From: a virus
Direction: 5' to 3' (one strand)
DNA: 43,531 nucleotides
IMG/VR virus record: IMGVR_UViG_3300045988_130695
Span: 1-43,531 of that record
In this document: in pieces, positions 31,953-38,943 of the stretch
Position numbering within the stretch: the first letter of the stretch is position 1
Layout of the letters: each line of letters opens with the position of its first letter
The notes under the pieces: generated by a model
Told to the model about the DNA's origin: nothing
Seen by the model: only the letters and a program-made list of their open reading frames with translations
Databases searched by the model: none
Position numbers and translations under genes: made by a program

Positions 31953-31989
31953 TACTATTTTAACTCATCAAAACAGGTAATATGTCGGA
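31953..31989 (-). promoter_or_regulatory. Conserved motif copy C: TCCGACA-N16-GAGTTAAAATAGTA directly downstream of the late-regulator gene
   Basis: Identical blocks and spacing to copies A and B. An A/T-rich tract lies upstream. Confidence 0.5.
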
Positions 31990-31997
31990 AACTTTTT

Positions 31998-32441
31998 TTA
32001 TTTTATCAAACCTTTTTTCAACGCCAAACCAACAGCATCCCTAAGGAACTCTTTGCGAAATTCATAACAAGTATCTCTATTCACACCGTTTAATTCTGCA
32101 ATTGTTTTCATCGGCTTCCTTTTTTCATATTTTTGATACATAACTTTACCAGTAAGCTGATTCTCATGTATCTTATAGGTTTCTGCGACAACTTCAAGCC
32201 ATAGCTCCGGGTTCATTATTATCGACTGATATGGTCCATATCCAAACGATATCATACGTACTGGCTCAATGTTTTTTAATGCTGCTGTTTCTGTTGGATT
32301 ACTGATAAAAGCATGCCCCCCACCGCCCGTATGCCCTTTCCTTGCAGTACGCTGCTCTTTTTCTTCATCAACAACTTTTTGTATTTGCTTACGATCCCAA
32401 AAGTATCGCTCTACATGCTTAATATACTGTTCTATTAGCAT
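31998..32441 (-). CDS. Late transcriptional regulator, RinA/ArpU-family-like (147 aa)
   Basis: Size, position just before the packaging genes, and C-terminal HTH-like KTIAELNGVNRDTCYEFRKEFLRDAVGLALKKG. Confidence 0.6.
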   Translation of the reverse strand: MLIEQYIKHVERYFWDRKQIQKVVDEEKEQRTARKGHTGGGGHAFISNPTETAALKNIEPVRMISFGYGPYQSIIMNPELWLEVVAETYKIHENQLTGKVMYQKYEKRKPMKTIAELNGVNRDTCYEFRKEFLRDAVGLALKKGLIK

Positions 32442-32453
32442 ATCAGTCTCCTT

Positions 32454-32732
32454 CTAGCTTTTCTTTCTAAATCGCCTAAATAATGCTCCAAAAGGATTTA
32501 TGTTGTCTTCTACAAGTTGGTTCAAAATAGCCTCCTCAAACTCTTCGTGTTTATGTTCTTGTTCGCCCACAACAATCCAATATTCTCGCACCCATTCTCT
32601 CGTACCGTCTGCACTTTCAAGCAAATATAAGATACCTTTAGAATCTAATTTAACACCAAGTACTTTACGTTCTCCCTTAGGCACATGTACATTATCACCT
32701 ATATTAAACTTGCTTTCTATTGTTAATAACAT
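32454..32732 (-). CDS. Hypothetical early protein (92 aa)
   Basis: ORF with AGAAGGG SD. No family recognised. Confidence 0.55.
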   Translation of the reverse strand: MLLTIESKFNIGDNVHVPKGERKVLGVKLDSKGILYLLESADGTREWVREYWIVVGEQEHKHEEFEEAILNQLVEDNINPFGALFRRFRKKS

Positions 32733-32868
32733 TTGTATCGCCCTTCTTATCTGATAGATTTATTGTAAAAATACTAAACCTTCTTAAAACTAATATAAAC
32801 AAAAACGTTAATATCCAATGTTCGTATGTAAATTCAAATATCCATTTTATTAAATCAGGATAATTCAT
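32704..32868 (-). CDS. Small membrane protein (54 aa from MNYPDLIKW..)
   Basis: AGGAG lies 7 nt before ATG 32868. TM segment WILTFLFILVL. The track ORF is 32704..32925. Confidence 0.45.
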   Translation of the reverse strand: MNYPDLIKWIFEFTYEHWILTFLFILVLRRFSIFTINLSDKKGDTNVINNRKQV

Positions 32869-33028
32869 GTCTGTACTCCTTACATTCATCAAATCTAGCC
32901 CACTGCCGGCTGCTACCATCATCATCTATAAGTGGTGCATTAGCTTCGTGCCGGTCGCAGTCGGTGTTAGTACAGCGTTTGTCATAAAACGCATTACTGC
33001 GAATACAATACGCCTTGTCGTTAGTCAT
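32855..33028 (-). CDS. Small Cys-containing hypothetical protein (57 aa)
   Basis: Track ORF 32855..33037 (GTG start). ATG 33028 is preferred. Confidence 0.45.
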   Translation of the reverse strand: MTNDKAYCIRSNAFYDKRCTNTDCDRHEANAPLIDDDGSSRQWARFDECKEYRHELS

Positions 33029-33224
33029 TTTCTTCACCGTCCTTTATCTCAATTAACGGGCAATCCGGCAGCCTAATGTTTGGATCTTCAATTTCACAGA
33101 CAAGAATACAGCAGCCTTTGCTCTTATCAACAGAAAATGGTAGATTCCTATAAAAGCCAACTGGATATGTCAATGGGCATTCACCGCAGTTTGCAGGCAT
33201 ATCCATTCCTTTAATTGCTATCAT
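33021..33224 (-). CDS. Small Cys-rich protein (MP.NCGECPL .. CC..C .. PDCPL pattern)
   Basis: Track ORF 33021..33266. AGAGGGA SD before ATG 33224. The Cys pattern recurs in many phage early proteins (from memory). Confidence 0.5.
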   Translation of the reverse strand: MIAIKGMDMPANCGECPLTYPVGFYRNLPFSVDKSKGCCILVCEIEDPNIRLPDCPLIEIKDGEEND

Positions 33225-33435
33225 GATCTTCATCCCTCTCATAGCCTTGGCAATAAGTTTGTCCATTCATTAATACAAAGCGACAGCAATTACAGCCATA
33301 ACTATCTTTATAAGTGCATTCACCATTACTATAATGCTTGCAATTAACCCACGGACAATATAGTACTCTCTGCCCTGAATATTCATCTCTAACGTGTATC
33401 TGTACTACTACGTTAGCCAATTTAATTGTTTTCAT
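33211..33435 (-). CDS. Small Cys-rich protein (74 aa)
   Basis: ORF with seven Cys residues (CPWVNCKHYSNGECTYKDSYGCNCCRF). Coupled to its neighbours. Confidence 0.5.
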   Translation of the reverse strand: MKTIKLANVVVQIHVRDEYSGQRVLYCPWVNCKHYSNGECTYKDSYGCNCCRFVLMNGQTYCQGYERDEDHDSN

Positions 33436-33601
33436 GTATTTCTAGCTCCGTTCTGTCAGCCCAAGTAATCCTACGCGATTTAAACTTAGTTGGCATAGAT
33501 ATAACAGTAAGCTGAATACAGTTACTACATTCTGGGTTTTCGCTCAACTCACTGGCCTTTCTATTATTAATGCATAAATAACAATAGTCTAAGTATTTCA
33601 T
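33428..33601 (-). CDS. Small Cys-containing protein (57 aa, MKYLDYCYLCINN..)
   Basis: Not in the track. AGGAG SD 6 nt before ATG 33601. Its stop overlaps the next start. Confidence 0.4.
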
Positions 33602-33610
33602 TTTTTACTC

Positions 33611-33811
33611 CTACATTCTTACCCAACGGTTTTGGTCCTTAGGCATAAATTCAGAAGGTCTACCAAAAGGAGATATGATATCTAAGCCAAGGCATAGACG
33701 AGCAAAATTTTTTACGCTTAAATTTTCCCTTTGACAAATACCACAGTGAAAACTACCCAAGTATTTGCACTCATGGCACCAGCCTACGTACTTGATTTCA
33801 GGCTTTTTCAT
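33611..33811 (-). CDS. Small zinc-ribbon-like protein (66 aa, WCHECKYLGSFHCGIC)
   Basis: Track ORF 33611..33844 starts with TTG. ATG 33811 has GGAG upstream. Confidence 0.5.
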   Translation of the reverse strand: MKKPEIKYVGWCHECKYLGSFHCGICQRENLSVKNFARLCLGLDIISPFGRPSEFMPKDQNRWVRM

Positions 33812-33824
33812 CTGCTCCACTTCC

Positions 33825-34247
33825 TTAAACTTCTCTAAAATCAATATCCGGGTACTTATATAGCAGCATCTTCTTTTTGATCATATACACCTGCGTCCTC
33901 ATGCCCTTGGTGTCAACATAATAAACGTGGCCGCTGGCTTCCGTAACTTTGAAATCAGCCTTGTAAATAATCGGCCTTATCTTTTTACCTGCGACCTCAT
34001 AAGCAGGCTGTAAAACAAATTCAGGCTGTAATTCAATGCTTTTTACTGCACCGGTACGCTGCTGCCAAAGTAGGTTCTCATAATATTTTGCTTCTTTCCT
34101 GCTATCAAAGCGAATCCCGTCAACCTCAGTTATTGCATTGCCATATTTCAGCACAGGTACAGCCCCGGGTAAATTCGCAGGCGCCGTTACGCTGTCAGAA
34201 CGAATTTTACTTACAAGGTGTGCCGGCAGTTCATTCCACGTCGTCAT
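33825..34247 (-). CDS. DUF1064-type protein (PD-(D/E)XK fold; putative Holliday-junction resolvase-like)
   Basis: KYGNAITEVDGIRFDSRKEAKYYENL .. IIYKADFKV .. YVDTKG pattern characteristic of DUF1064. Confidence 0.65.
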   Translation of the reverse strand: MTTWNELPAHLVSKIRSDSVTAPANLPGAVPVLKYGNAITEVDGIRFDSRKEAKYYENLLWQQRTGAVKSIELQPEFVLQPAYEVAGKKIRPIIYKADFKVTEASGHVYYVDTKGMRTQVYMIKKKMLLYKYPDIDFREV

Positions 34248-34459
34248 TGGTACATCGCCAAGGCATCTTCAAGCTCTTTCTTCTCTCTCCGATACCGAGC
34301 CACTTTCCCGCCGAGCTGACTATTCTTCCGATGCAGATGTCTAAGTTCCGTCAGTATCTGCATAAGCACTGGTTTCAATACTGGTACATACTGATCGCCT
34401 GGTTCTTTTTCGATTAACGCCATCATAATTTTTATATTTATTGGTTTCATAGTTTCCAA
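34244..34459 (-). CDS. Hypothetical early protein (71 aa)
   Basis: ORF with ATGA coupling to the downstream gene. Confidence 0.5.
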   Translation of the reverse strand: METMKPINIKIMMALIEKEPGDQYVPVLKPVLMQILTELRHLHRKNSQLGGKVARYRREKKELEDALAMYQ

Positions 34460-34559
34460 CTCCTTATATTTAAAAGGCCGCCCCCTACGGGCTAATCACC
34501 TCCGCAGGGGTATACTTCCCTTTATGCTTGTATATAGTTAGTATGCGCGGCCGTTTTAA

Positions 34560-36440
34560 CTAAAATAAATTTATCGGTATCTCGGCTTCTGCTGCTATAC
34601 CTTGCATAACATATAGTGCATTAGGTAGAGCTATTCCATTGCCCCACATCTTGTACTCTGCGCTGTCCGTATGCAATTTGTTATACCAGGTAAGTATTTG
34701 TGCTTTTGTGTAGTCTTTAACGGCTTTGTTGTTGATTTTTGCATAGGCATTACGCACTTCAATCCAAAATTTATATTCTTCATCAGTGAAACTTTCTTTT
34801 TTATTAAGATGTCCCCATAAATCAGGGAAACCTTGAAGTCTTGCGCATTCGGTGGGGGTTAAGCGGCGTACTATGTAACGCGCCTGCACTGCCGCCGGTC
34901 GGTCTATAGTATTCAGCGTGTAGCACTCATTTTCTCGCCAGCCTTTGTCGTTACAGCCTGCCGTATCTGCTCGATCTATGCCGTTACCTTGCAGACAGTA
35001 AACAACACCTGGTACATTATTGCCGCCTGTACCGCATCTTGCGGTTAAGGTAGGCGTTTTTTCTATGTATTCGCTCGGAGTACGTAACCTGGCTTCTCCT
35101 ATGTCATAACAACGTACTGCAGGTTCGACGACTAAACACGTATAATCCGTAATTCGATTGTTATGGTCTCCTGTAATAGTGCTTACGATTTGACCATCAC
35201 CGTTGCCCCTTGCATCGTATACTACGGCTGGGACAGCACCTGCTCTCAGTGTAGGGCTTTGTTCTTCTGCATAGCCTACACCTCTTGTTTTTGCGCTTTC
35301 TTCTGGACAAAAACCAGCGGATACAGTTATACATGGCGGGTTTTTATAATGCGTTGCTTTCAGACAGGGGGCTGTATCGCTCTGCCGTGCGTACTCAGTT
35401 TGACCACCGATATTGTCAACGATAATCGGCTGGAACAGGTATTGATCGTTGTTTGTCGCCAGTGTGGCGGTTTTGTCCTTTTGAACCAGTGCGCCCTTAC
35501 AGCCGCCTTCACAGCCTGAGCGTATTTTTAAGGTGTAAGGGATCATTGCACAGGGATAACCTTGTCCCGCTTGAACTTCAATATTTTCAACAATGAAAGT
35601 TTGCTGTTTCATCCCAGGTTCAGCTTGTATACATCCAGCTTTTTCGCCTAAGTCCCTAATCTCATTTCGTTGATTCTGTGCAAATGCGATTAAAGAGTCG
35701 CTTTCTCCCGCTCGATCATCTGTTCCAACGCAGTTTTGAGCATCGGCGGCAATTCCTTGCCACGGCGTTCTGCCCGCCTCAAAATACCCTCGCAGGCTTT
35801 CGCGCTTAAATAGTATTTCTTGGGCACATTCGCCTCTAAAATCTGCGACAAGGTAGATTCTACGGCGGCGCTGGGGGACTCCCCAATATTGCGCGTCAAA
35901 AACTCGGTATGCAATGCTCCATCCGTCTCCACTGATACAATCTGCATATGCCCAGCCAGCTTGTGGAACCGCAGGCATAACGGCGTTCGGTTCCGTGATT
36001 TTAATAAATTCTTCAAGCACAAGCCGGAAATCTTCTCCCCGATTACTGCTAAATGCTCCTGGTACATTTTCCCAAACAGCGAATCTTGGATAAATTCCAT
36101 TTGTTTTAACCCTCATTTCTTTTATTATTCGGATTGCCTCCATAAACAGCCCGCTTCGTGTTGTTTCTTCGTCGCCGACAGCCGTATGTTTTAAACCAGC
36201 ACGTTTACCAGCTACTGACATGTCTTGACATGGGCTTCCGAAAGTTATAATGTCCACTGGTTCTATCTCTGCACCTTTGATTCTGCTTACATCACCCAAG
36301 TGCTTCATATTTGGAAAACGGCTTTTAGTAACAGCTATTGGATATGGTTCGACTTCCGATGCATAAACAGGCTCTATTCCGCACAAGCTTGCTGCTAAAG
36401 GAAATCCTCCACTGCCATCAAATAAGCTCATTAGTTTCAT
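34560..36440 (-). CDS. DNA (cytosine-5) methyltransferase, large, with several TRD-like modules (probably multispecific, orphan)
   Basis: Motif I LFDGSGGF, IV GSPCQDMS, VI ENVPG, VIII QRRRRIYLV, IX RRLTPTECARLQGFP, X GNGIALP. About 330 aa lie between VIII and IX, with repeated (S/T)xTL-type elements. No restriction endonuclease gene is nearby. Confidence 0.85.
   Translation of the reverse strand: MKLMSLFDGSGGFPLAASLCGIEPVYASEVEPYPIAVTKSRFPNMKHLGDVSRIKGAEIEPVDIITFGSPCQDMSVAGKRAGLKHTAVGDEETTRSGLFMEAIRIIKEMRVKTNGIYPRFAVWENVPGAFSSNRGEDFRLVLEEFIKITEPNAVMPAVPQAGWAYADCISGDGWSIAYRVFDAQYWGVPQRRRRIYLVADFRGECAQEILFKRESLRGYFEAGRTPWQGIAADAQNCVGTDDRAGESDSLIAFAQNQRNEIRDLGEKAGCIQAEPGMKQQTFIVENIEVQAGQGYPCAMIPYTLKIRSGCEGGCKGALVQKDKTATLATNNDQYLFQPIIVDNIGGQTEYARQSDTAPCLKATHYKNPPCITVSAGFCPEESAKTRGVGYAEEQSPTLRAGAVPAVVYDARGNGDGQIVSTITGDHNNRITDYTCLVVEPAVRCYDIGEARLRTPSEYIEKTPTLTARCGTGGNNVPGVVYCLQGNGIDRADTAGCNDKGWRENECYTLNTIDRPAAVQARYIVRRLTPTECARLQGFPDLWGHLNKKESFTDEEYKFWIEVRNAYAKINNKAVKDYTKAQILTWYNKLHTDSAEYKMWGNGIALPNALYVMQGIAAEAEIPINLF
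35690..36100 (-). CDS. Embedded +1-frame ORF (136 aa) inside the methyltransferase gene; candidate overprinted gene
   Basis: ATG 36100 has GAGGG 9 nt upstream. The frame is open through motifs VI-VIII of the host gene. The C-terminal third is protein-like (TLSQILEANVPKKYYLSAKACEGILRRAERRGKELPPMLKTALEQMIE). Confidence 0.35.
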   Translation of the reverse strand: MEFIQDSLFGKMYQEHLAVIGEKISGLCLKNLLKSRNRTPLCLRFHKLAGHMQIVSVETDGALHTEFLTRNIGESPSAAVESTLSQILEANVPKKYYLSAKACEGILRRAERRGKELPPMLKTALEQMIEREKATL

Positions 36441-36636
36441 GTTGATCCTCGCTACTTATGCTAACGCATTCCTTATCCTGCAATCTTTTAAAGTTATTAA
36501 ATATCTCCCGTGCCTTCACGGCCCGTGGATCATCTGACCACATCAAGCAGCTCGGGCAAATATGCACCTCAAAATATCGACCTCTGGTTACATGACTACC
36601 CGCCGTTGTATCCTTATGGCATATATCGCAATTCAT
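36418..36636 (-). CDS. Small zinc-ribbon protein (72 aa, CDIC .. CPSC)
   Basis: Two CxxC pairs. Overlaps the methyltransferase start by 23 nt. Confidence 0.55.
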   Translation of the reverse strand: MNCDICHKDTTAGSHVTRGRYFEVHICPSCLMWSDDPRAVKAREIFNNFKRLQDKECVSISSEDQHETNELI

Positions 36637-36645
36637 GATCTCACC

Positions 36646-37269
36646 TCAAAACGGTTCTGACTTATTAGTGTTCAGATTCTCAAAATGTTCTTCCCCTAAA
36701 ATCTGTAGTTCTGCCATATCTGCAGCAAGGTTATATATTTTTGCATGCTTATTATTTCCATGTGTATCGGAAACCTTAGCTCTAAATTCGGCAATAGTCC
36801 CTAAGAAACAACCACAAGACACTGTTATACCTTTGTCTTTATTTTTGAAAAATGTCGTAAAACTAAATCTACTACCAATGCGACCGATCAATAAATAGTC
36901 AGCGTCGCCGTACACCCTAGCGTTGCCGCACACCCTAGCGTCGTCGCACACCCTAGCGTTGCCGCACACCTCAGCGTCGTCGCACACCCTAGCGTTGCCG
37001 AACACCCTAGCGTTGCCGCACACCCTAGCGTTGCCGAACACCTCAGCGTCGTCGCACACCTCAGCGTCGTCGCACACCCTAGCGTTGCCGAACACCCTAG
37101 CGTTGCCGTGCACCCAAGCGTTGTCGTCTTGCGCTAAGTTGTCCTCTTTTTCTACATATCCTCCAAGTTCACCAGCTTCAACATTTCCAAAGCTAATTAA
37201 AGCCTTAATCCTAAATAATTTCTTGCCCCATTTTTCTATAAACTCTGCTGTTAACTCATACTTTTTCAT
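36646..37269 (-). CDS. Hexapeptide-repeat (left-handed beta-helix-like) phage protein, 207 aa
   Basis: About 13 consecutive 6-aa units (GNARVF/GNARVC/DDAEVC), with conserved N- and C-terminal flanks seen in many Firmicute phages (from memory). AAGGAG SD. Confidence 0.7.
   Translation of the reverse strand: MKKYELTAEFIEKWGKKLFRIKALISFGNVEAGELGGYVEKEDNLAQDDNAWVHGNARVFGNARVCDDAEVCDDAEVFGNARVCGNARVFGNARVCDDAEVCGNARVCDDARVCGNARVYGDADYLLIGRIGSRFSFTTFFKNKDKGITVSCGCFLGTIAEFRAKVSDTHGNNKHAKIYNLAADMAELQILGEEHFENLNTNKSEPF
36896..37128. repeat. Tandem 18-bp DNA repeats (about 13 units, consensus CACCCTAGCGTTGCCGCA) encoding the hexapeptide repeats
   Basis: Read directly. Units differ at only 1-4 positions and fall into two alternating subtypes (..CCTAGCGTTGCCG.. 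and ..CTCAGCGTCGTCG..). Confidence 0.9.
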
Positions 37270-37282
37270 AGTTACCGCTCCT

Positions 37283-37933
37283 TTAAACTTTAGCTAAATC
37301 ACCTTGACGACATGCTGACCGTTTTGGTACTACATCAGGCACTAACGGATGATATTTATAACACCGCTCACGATCAGCAACCACATAAGTAAATCCGCTT
37401 TCTTTGTCTACTCTCAAAAACGGTTGATGTCCGCTGTATGGGCAATCAACAGTGTTAATACATTCAGCGCATTTTCGTTCGACGTCTGCGATAAAGCTGA
37501 TATCGTTGTAATTACGCTTTATAAAGCTATCGTCAGCATCAGGGAAAATCCTCTTTGCTGCAGCTCTAACTTTCTCGCTTATTGGCTGCCGTAGTTCACC
37601 AAATGTTTTACCGGCAGCAAGATCAGCAAATAGCTTCTTCACAAACTCATTCGCCGCTTTAGAATTACGCTCAATCGCTTTCTTTTCTTCGCGAATTTTA
37701 TTCTGCCGGACTATCGACAGCGCTGTATTGATGTCGAACCACGTTGCCCAGCGCGTATTGTTATTAGCCACCCACTCAACAGCTTCTGCCCAATCTTTGA
37801 CCTGTGTATACTTGTATTGCTCCAGCGTTTTAGTCATAAAGTTTTCCCGCTGCACATCATTCATCGGTGGTGGAGTTAAGCCAGCTGCCCGCCATACCAC
37901 AAACGCAGCCTCTATATCGCCGATATCAAGCAT
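37283..37933 (-). CDS. Hypothetical replication-module protein (216 aa, C-terminal Cys cluster)
   Basis: Lies between the replication organizer and the repeat protein. GGTGAGGTGA SD. No NTPase motif seen. Confidence 0.55.
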   Translation of the reverse strand: MLDIGDIEAAFVVWRAAGLTPPPMNDVQRENFMTKTLEQYKYTQVKDWAEAVEWVANNNTRWATWFDINTALSIVRQNKIREEKKAIERNSKAANEFVKKLFADLAAGKTFGELRQPISEKVRAAAKRIFPDADDSFIKRNYNDISFIADVERKCAECINTVDCPYSGHQPFLRVDKESGFTYVVADRERCYKYHPLVPDVVPKRSACRQGDLAKV

Positions 37934-37943
37934 TCAAATCACC

Positions 37944-38648
37944 TCACCATGCCCATTCTTTTTTCTGCTCTGTAACACGTATCTCATCTTCCCAACGCCT
38001 ATCCTGCAAGAAGGTTTCAGGGTATGGAATATAAGCCCCGTTGCTTTCTTTCCAACGGCTTGTTTGCTTATACTGCTCAACAGCAGCTATGATTTTTTCA
38101 TACAGCTCCACACATGGATCAACCAGCTTGTTCCACTCGATTTTAGCTACAGGCTTTTTCACCTTCACTGGGTATGCTTCCCAGAATCGGGCAAAATATT
38201 CTTCCCGTTCACAGTCAGGCGCTTCTTGTTTCTTTTCGTTTTGTTTATTATTAATAATATTATTTATATATACTTTCTTCTCCGCGCGAGATTGTGTTAC
38301 AGGTTGTGTATCAGTTTGTGTTACAAGTTGTGTTACAGGTTGTGTATCAGTTTGTGTTCGGTATACGATACACAAATCAAATATCTGATAAAAACCTGAT
38401 CGACTACCTTTGCCGCCCTGGTATGAAATCAGCCCCATCTGAATTAGAGTATTCCTATGCCTACTTAATTCAGTCCGAGAAATTCCACACACCGATTGCA
38501 GCATCGTGCTGGACACGGTAAACTCTTTTTGCCAGCCGCCTAAATTGTTGAAATGCAATAATGCCATATACAAATCAGCAGCTCGACTATTAAGTTGGTT
38601 GAGTAACCGCCAGCTCCAAAACGCATTCATCTGTGCAACGTAGTTCAT
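37944..38648 (-). CDS. Replication initiation / replisome organizer protein (DnaD-like N-terminal winged HTH)
   Basis: N-terminus NAFWSWRLLNQLNSRAADLYMALLHFNNLGGW .. SRTELSRHRNTLIQMGLISY. It contains iterons and an AT-rich tract internally. Confidence 0.6.
   Translation of the reverse strand: MNYVAQMNAFWSWRLLNQLNSRAADLYMALLHFNNLGGWQKEFTVSSTMLQSVCGISRTELSRHRNTLIQMGLISYQGGKGSRSGFYQIFDLCIVYRTQTDTQPVTQLVTQTDTQPVTQSRAEKKVYINNIINNKQNEKKQEAPDCEREEYFARFWEAYPVKVKKPVAKIEWNKLVDPCVELYEKIIAAVEQYKQTSRWKESNGAYIPYPETFLQDRRWEDEIRVTEQKKEWAW
38293..38364. repeat. Six tandem 12-bp iterons (TGTGTTACAGGT / TGTGTATCAGTT ..) next to an AT-rich tract (38240..38280); candidate origin of replication
   Basis: Read directly. 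They encode the TQTDTQPVTQLV repeat of the organizer protein, an arrangement like lambda ori inside gene O. Confidence 0.6.
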
Positions 38649-38658
38649 GATAATCCTT

Positions 38659-38943
38659 TCAGTCGTCTAAATAATTTCTTCCGATAATCTCCATAAATTC
38701 TTCTCTGCTATGAGTTTCTTCAAACTTACGTTGACATACCCTTTTCAACAGTAAATCTGTTTGCCTATCCTGATGCGGACCATTCTTCCCTCTATGATAT
38801 TCAGGGGTAAGCCAAACTTTAAAGCCGTATCTTTCACTGATTTTGCGTAACGGACCAAAGAAACAATGATGCTCCTCAAGTGGCACATTTTTCGCTCCAG
38901 ATAGGTAACAATATTTTTCTTTCTGTATGATACTCTTAGCCAT
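38659..38943 (-). CDS. Hypothetical Cys/His-containing phage protein (94 aa)
   Basis: CYLSG .. EEHHCFFG .. EYHRGKNGPH pattern suggests a zinc-binding, HNH-like fold. Uncertain. Confidence 0.5.
   Translation of the reverse strand: MAKSIIQKEKYCYLSGAKNVPLEEHHCFFGPLRKISERYGFKVWLTPEYHRGKNGPHQDRQTDLLLKRVCQRKFEETHSREEFMEIIGRNYLDD

Noticed and set aside
36896-37128. Possible CRISPR array because of regular short repeats
   Set aside because: The units are contiguous 18-bp tandem repeats with no spacers. They lie in-frame inside a CDS, where they encode hexapeptide repeats.
37728-38399. 223-aa + strand ORF spanning two replication genes and the iterons
   Set aside because: It is antisense to two well-supported - strand genes and crosses their intergenic gap. 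The sequence is Cys/Phe/Leu-rich junk, with repeats that are simply the iterons read backwards.
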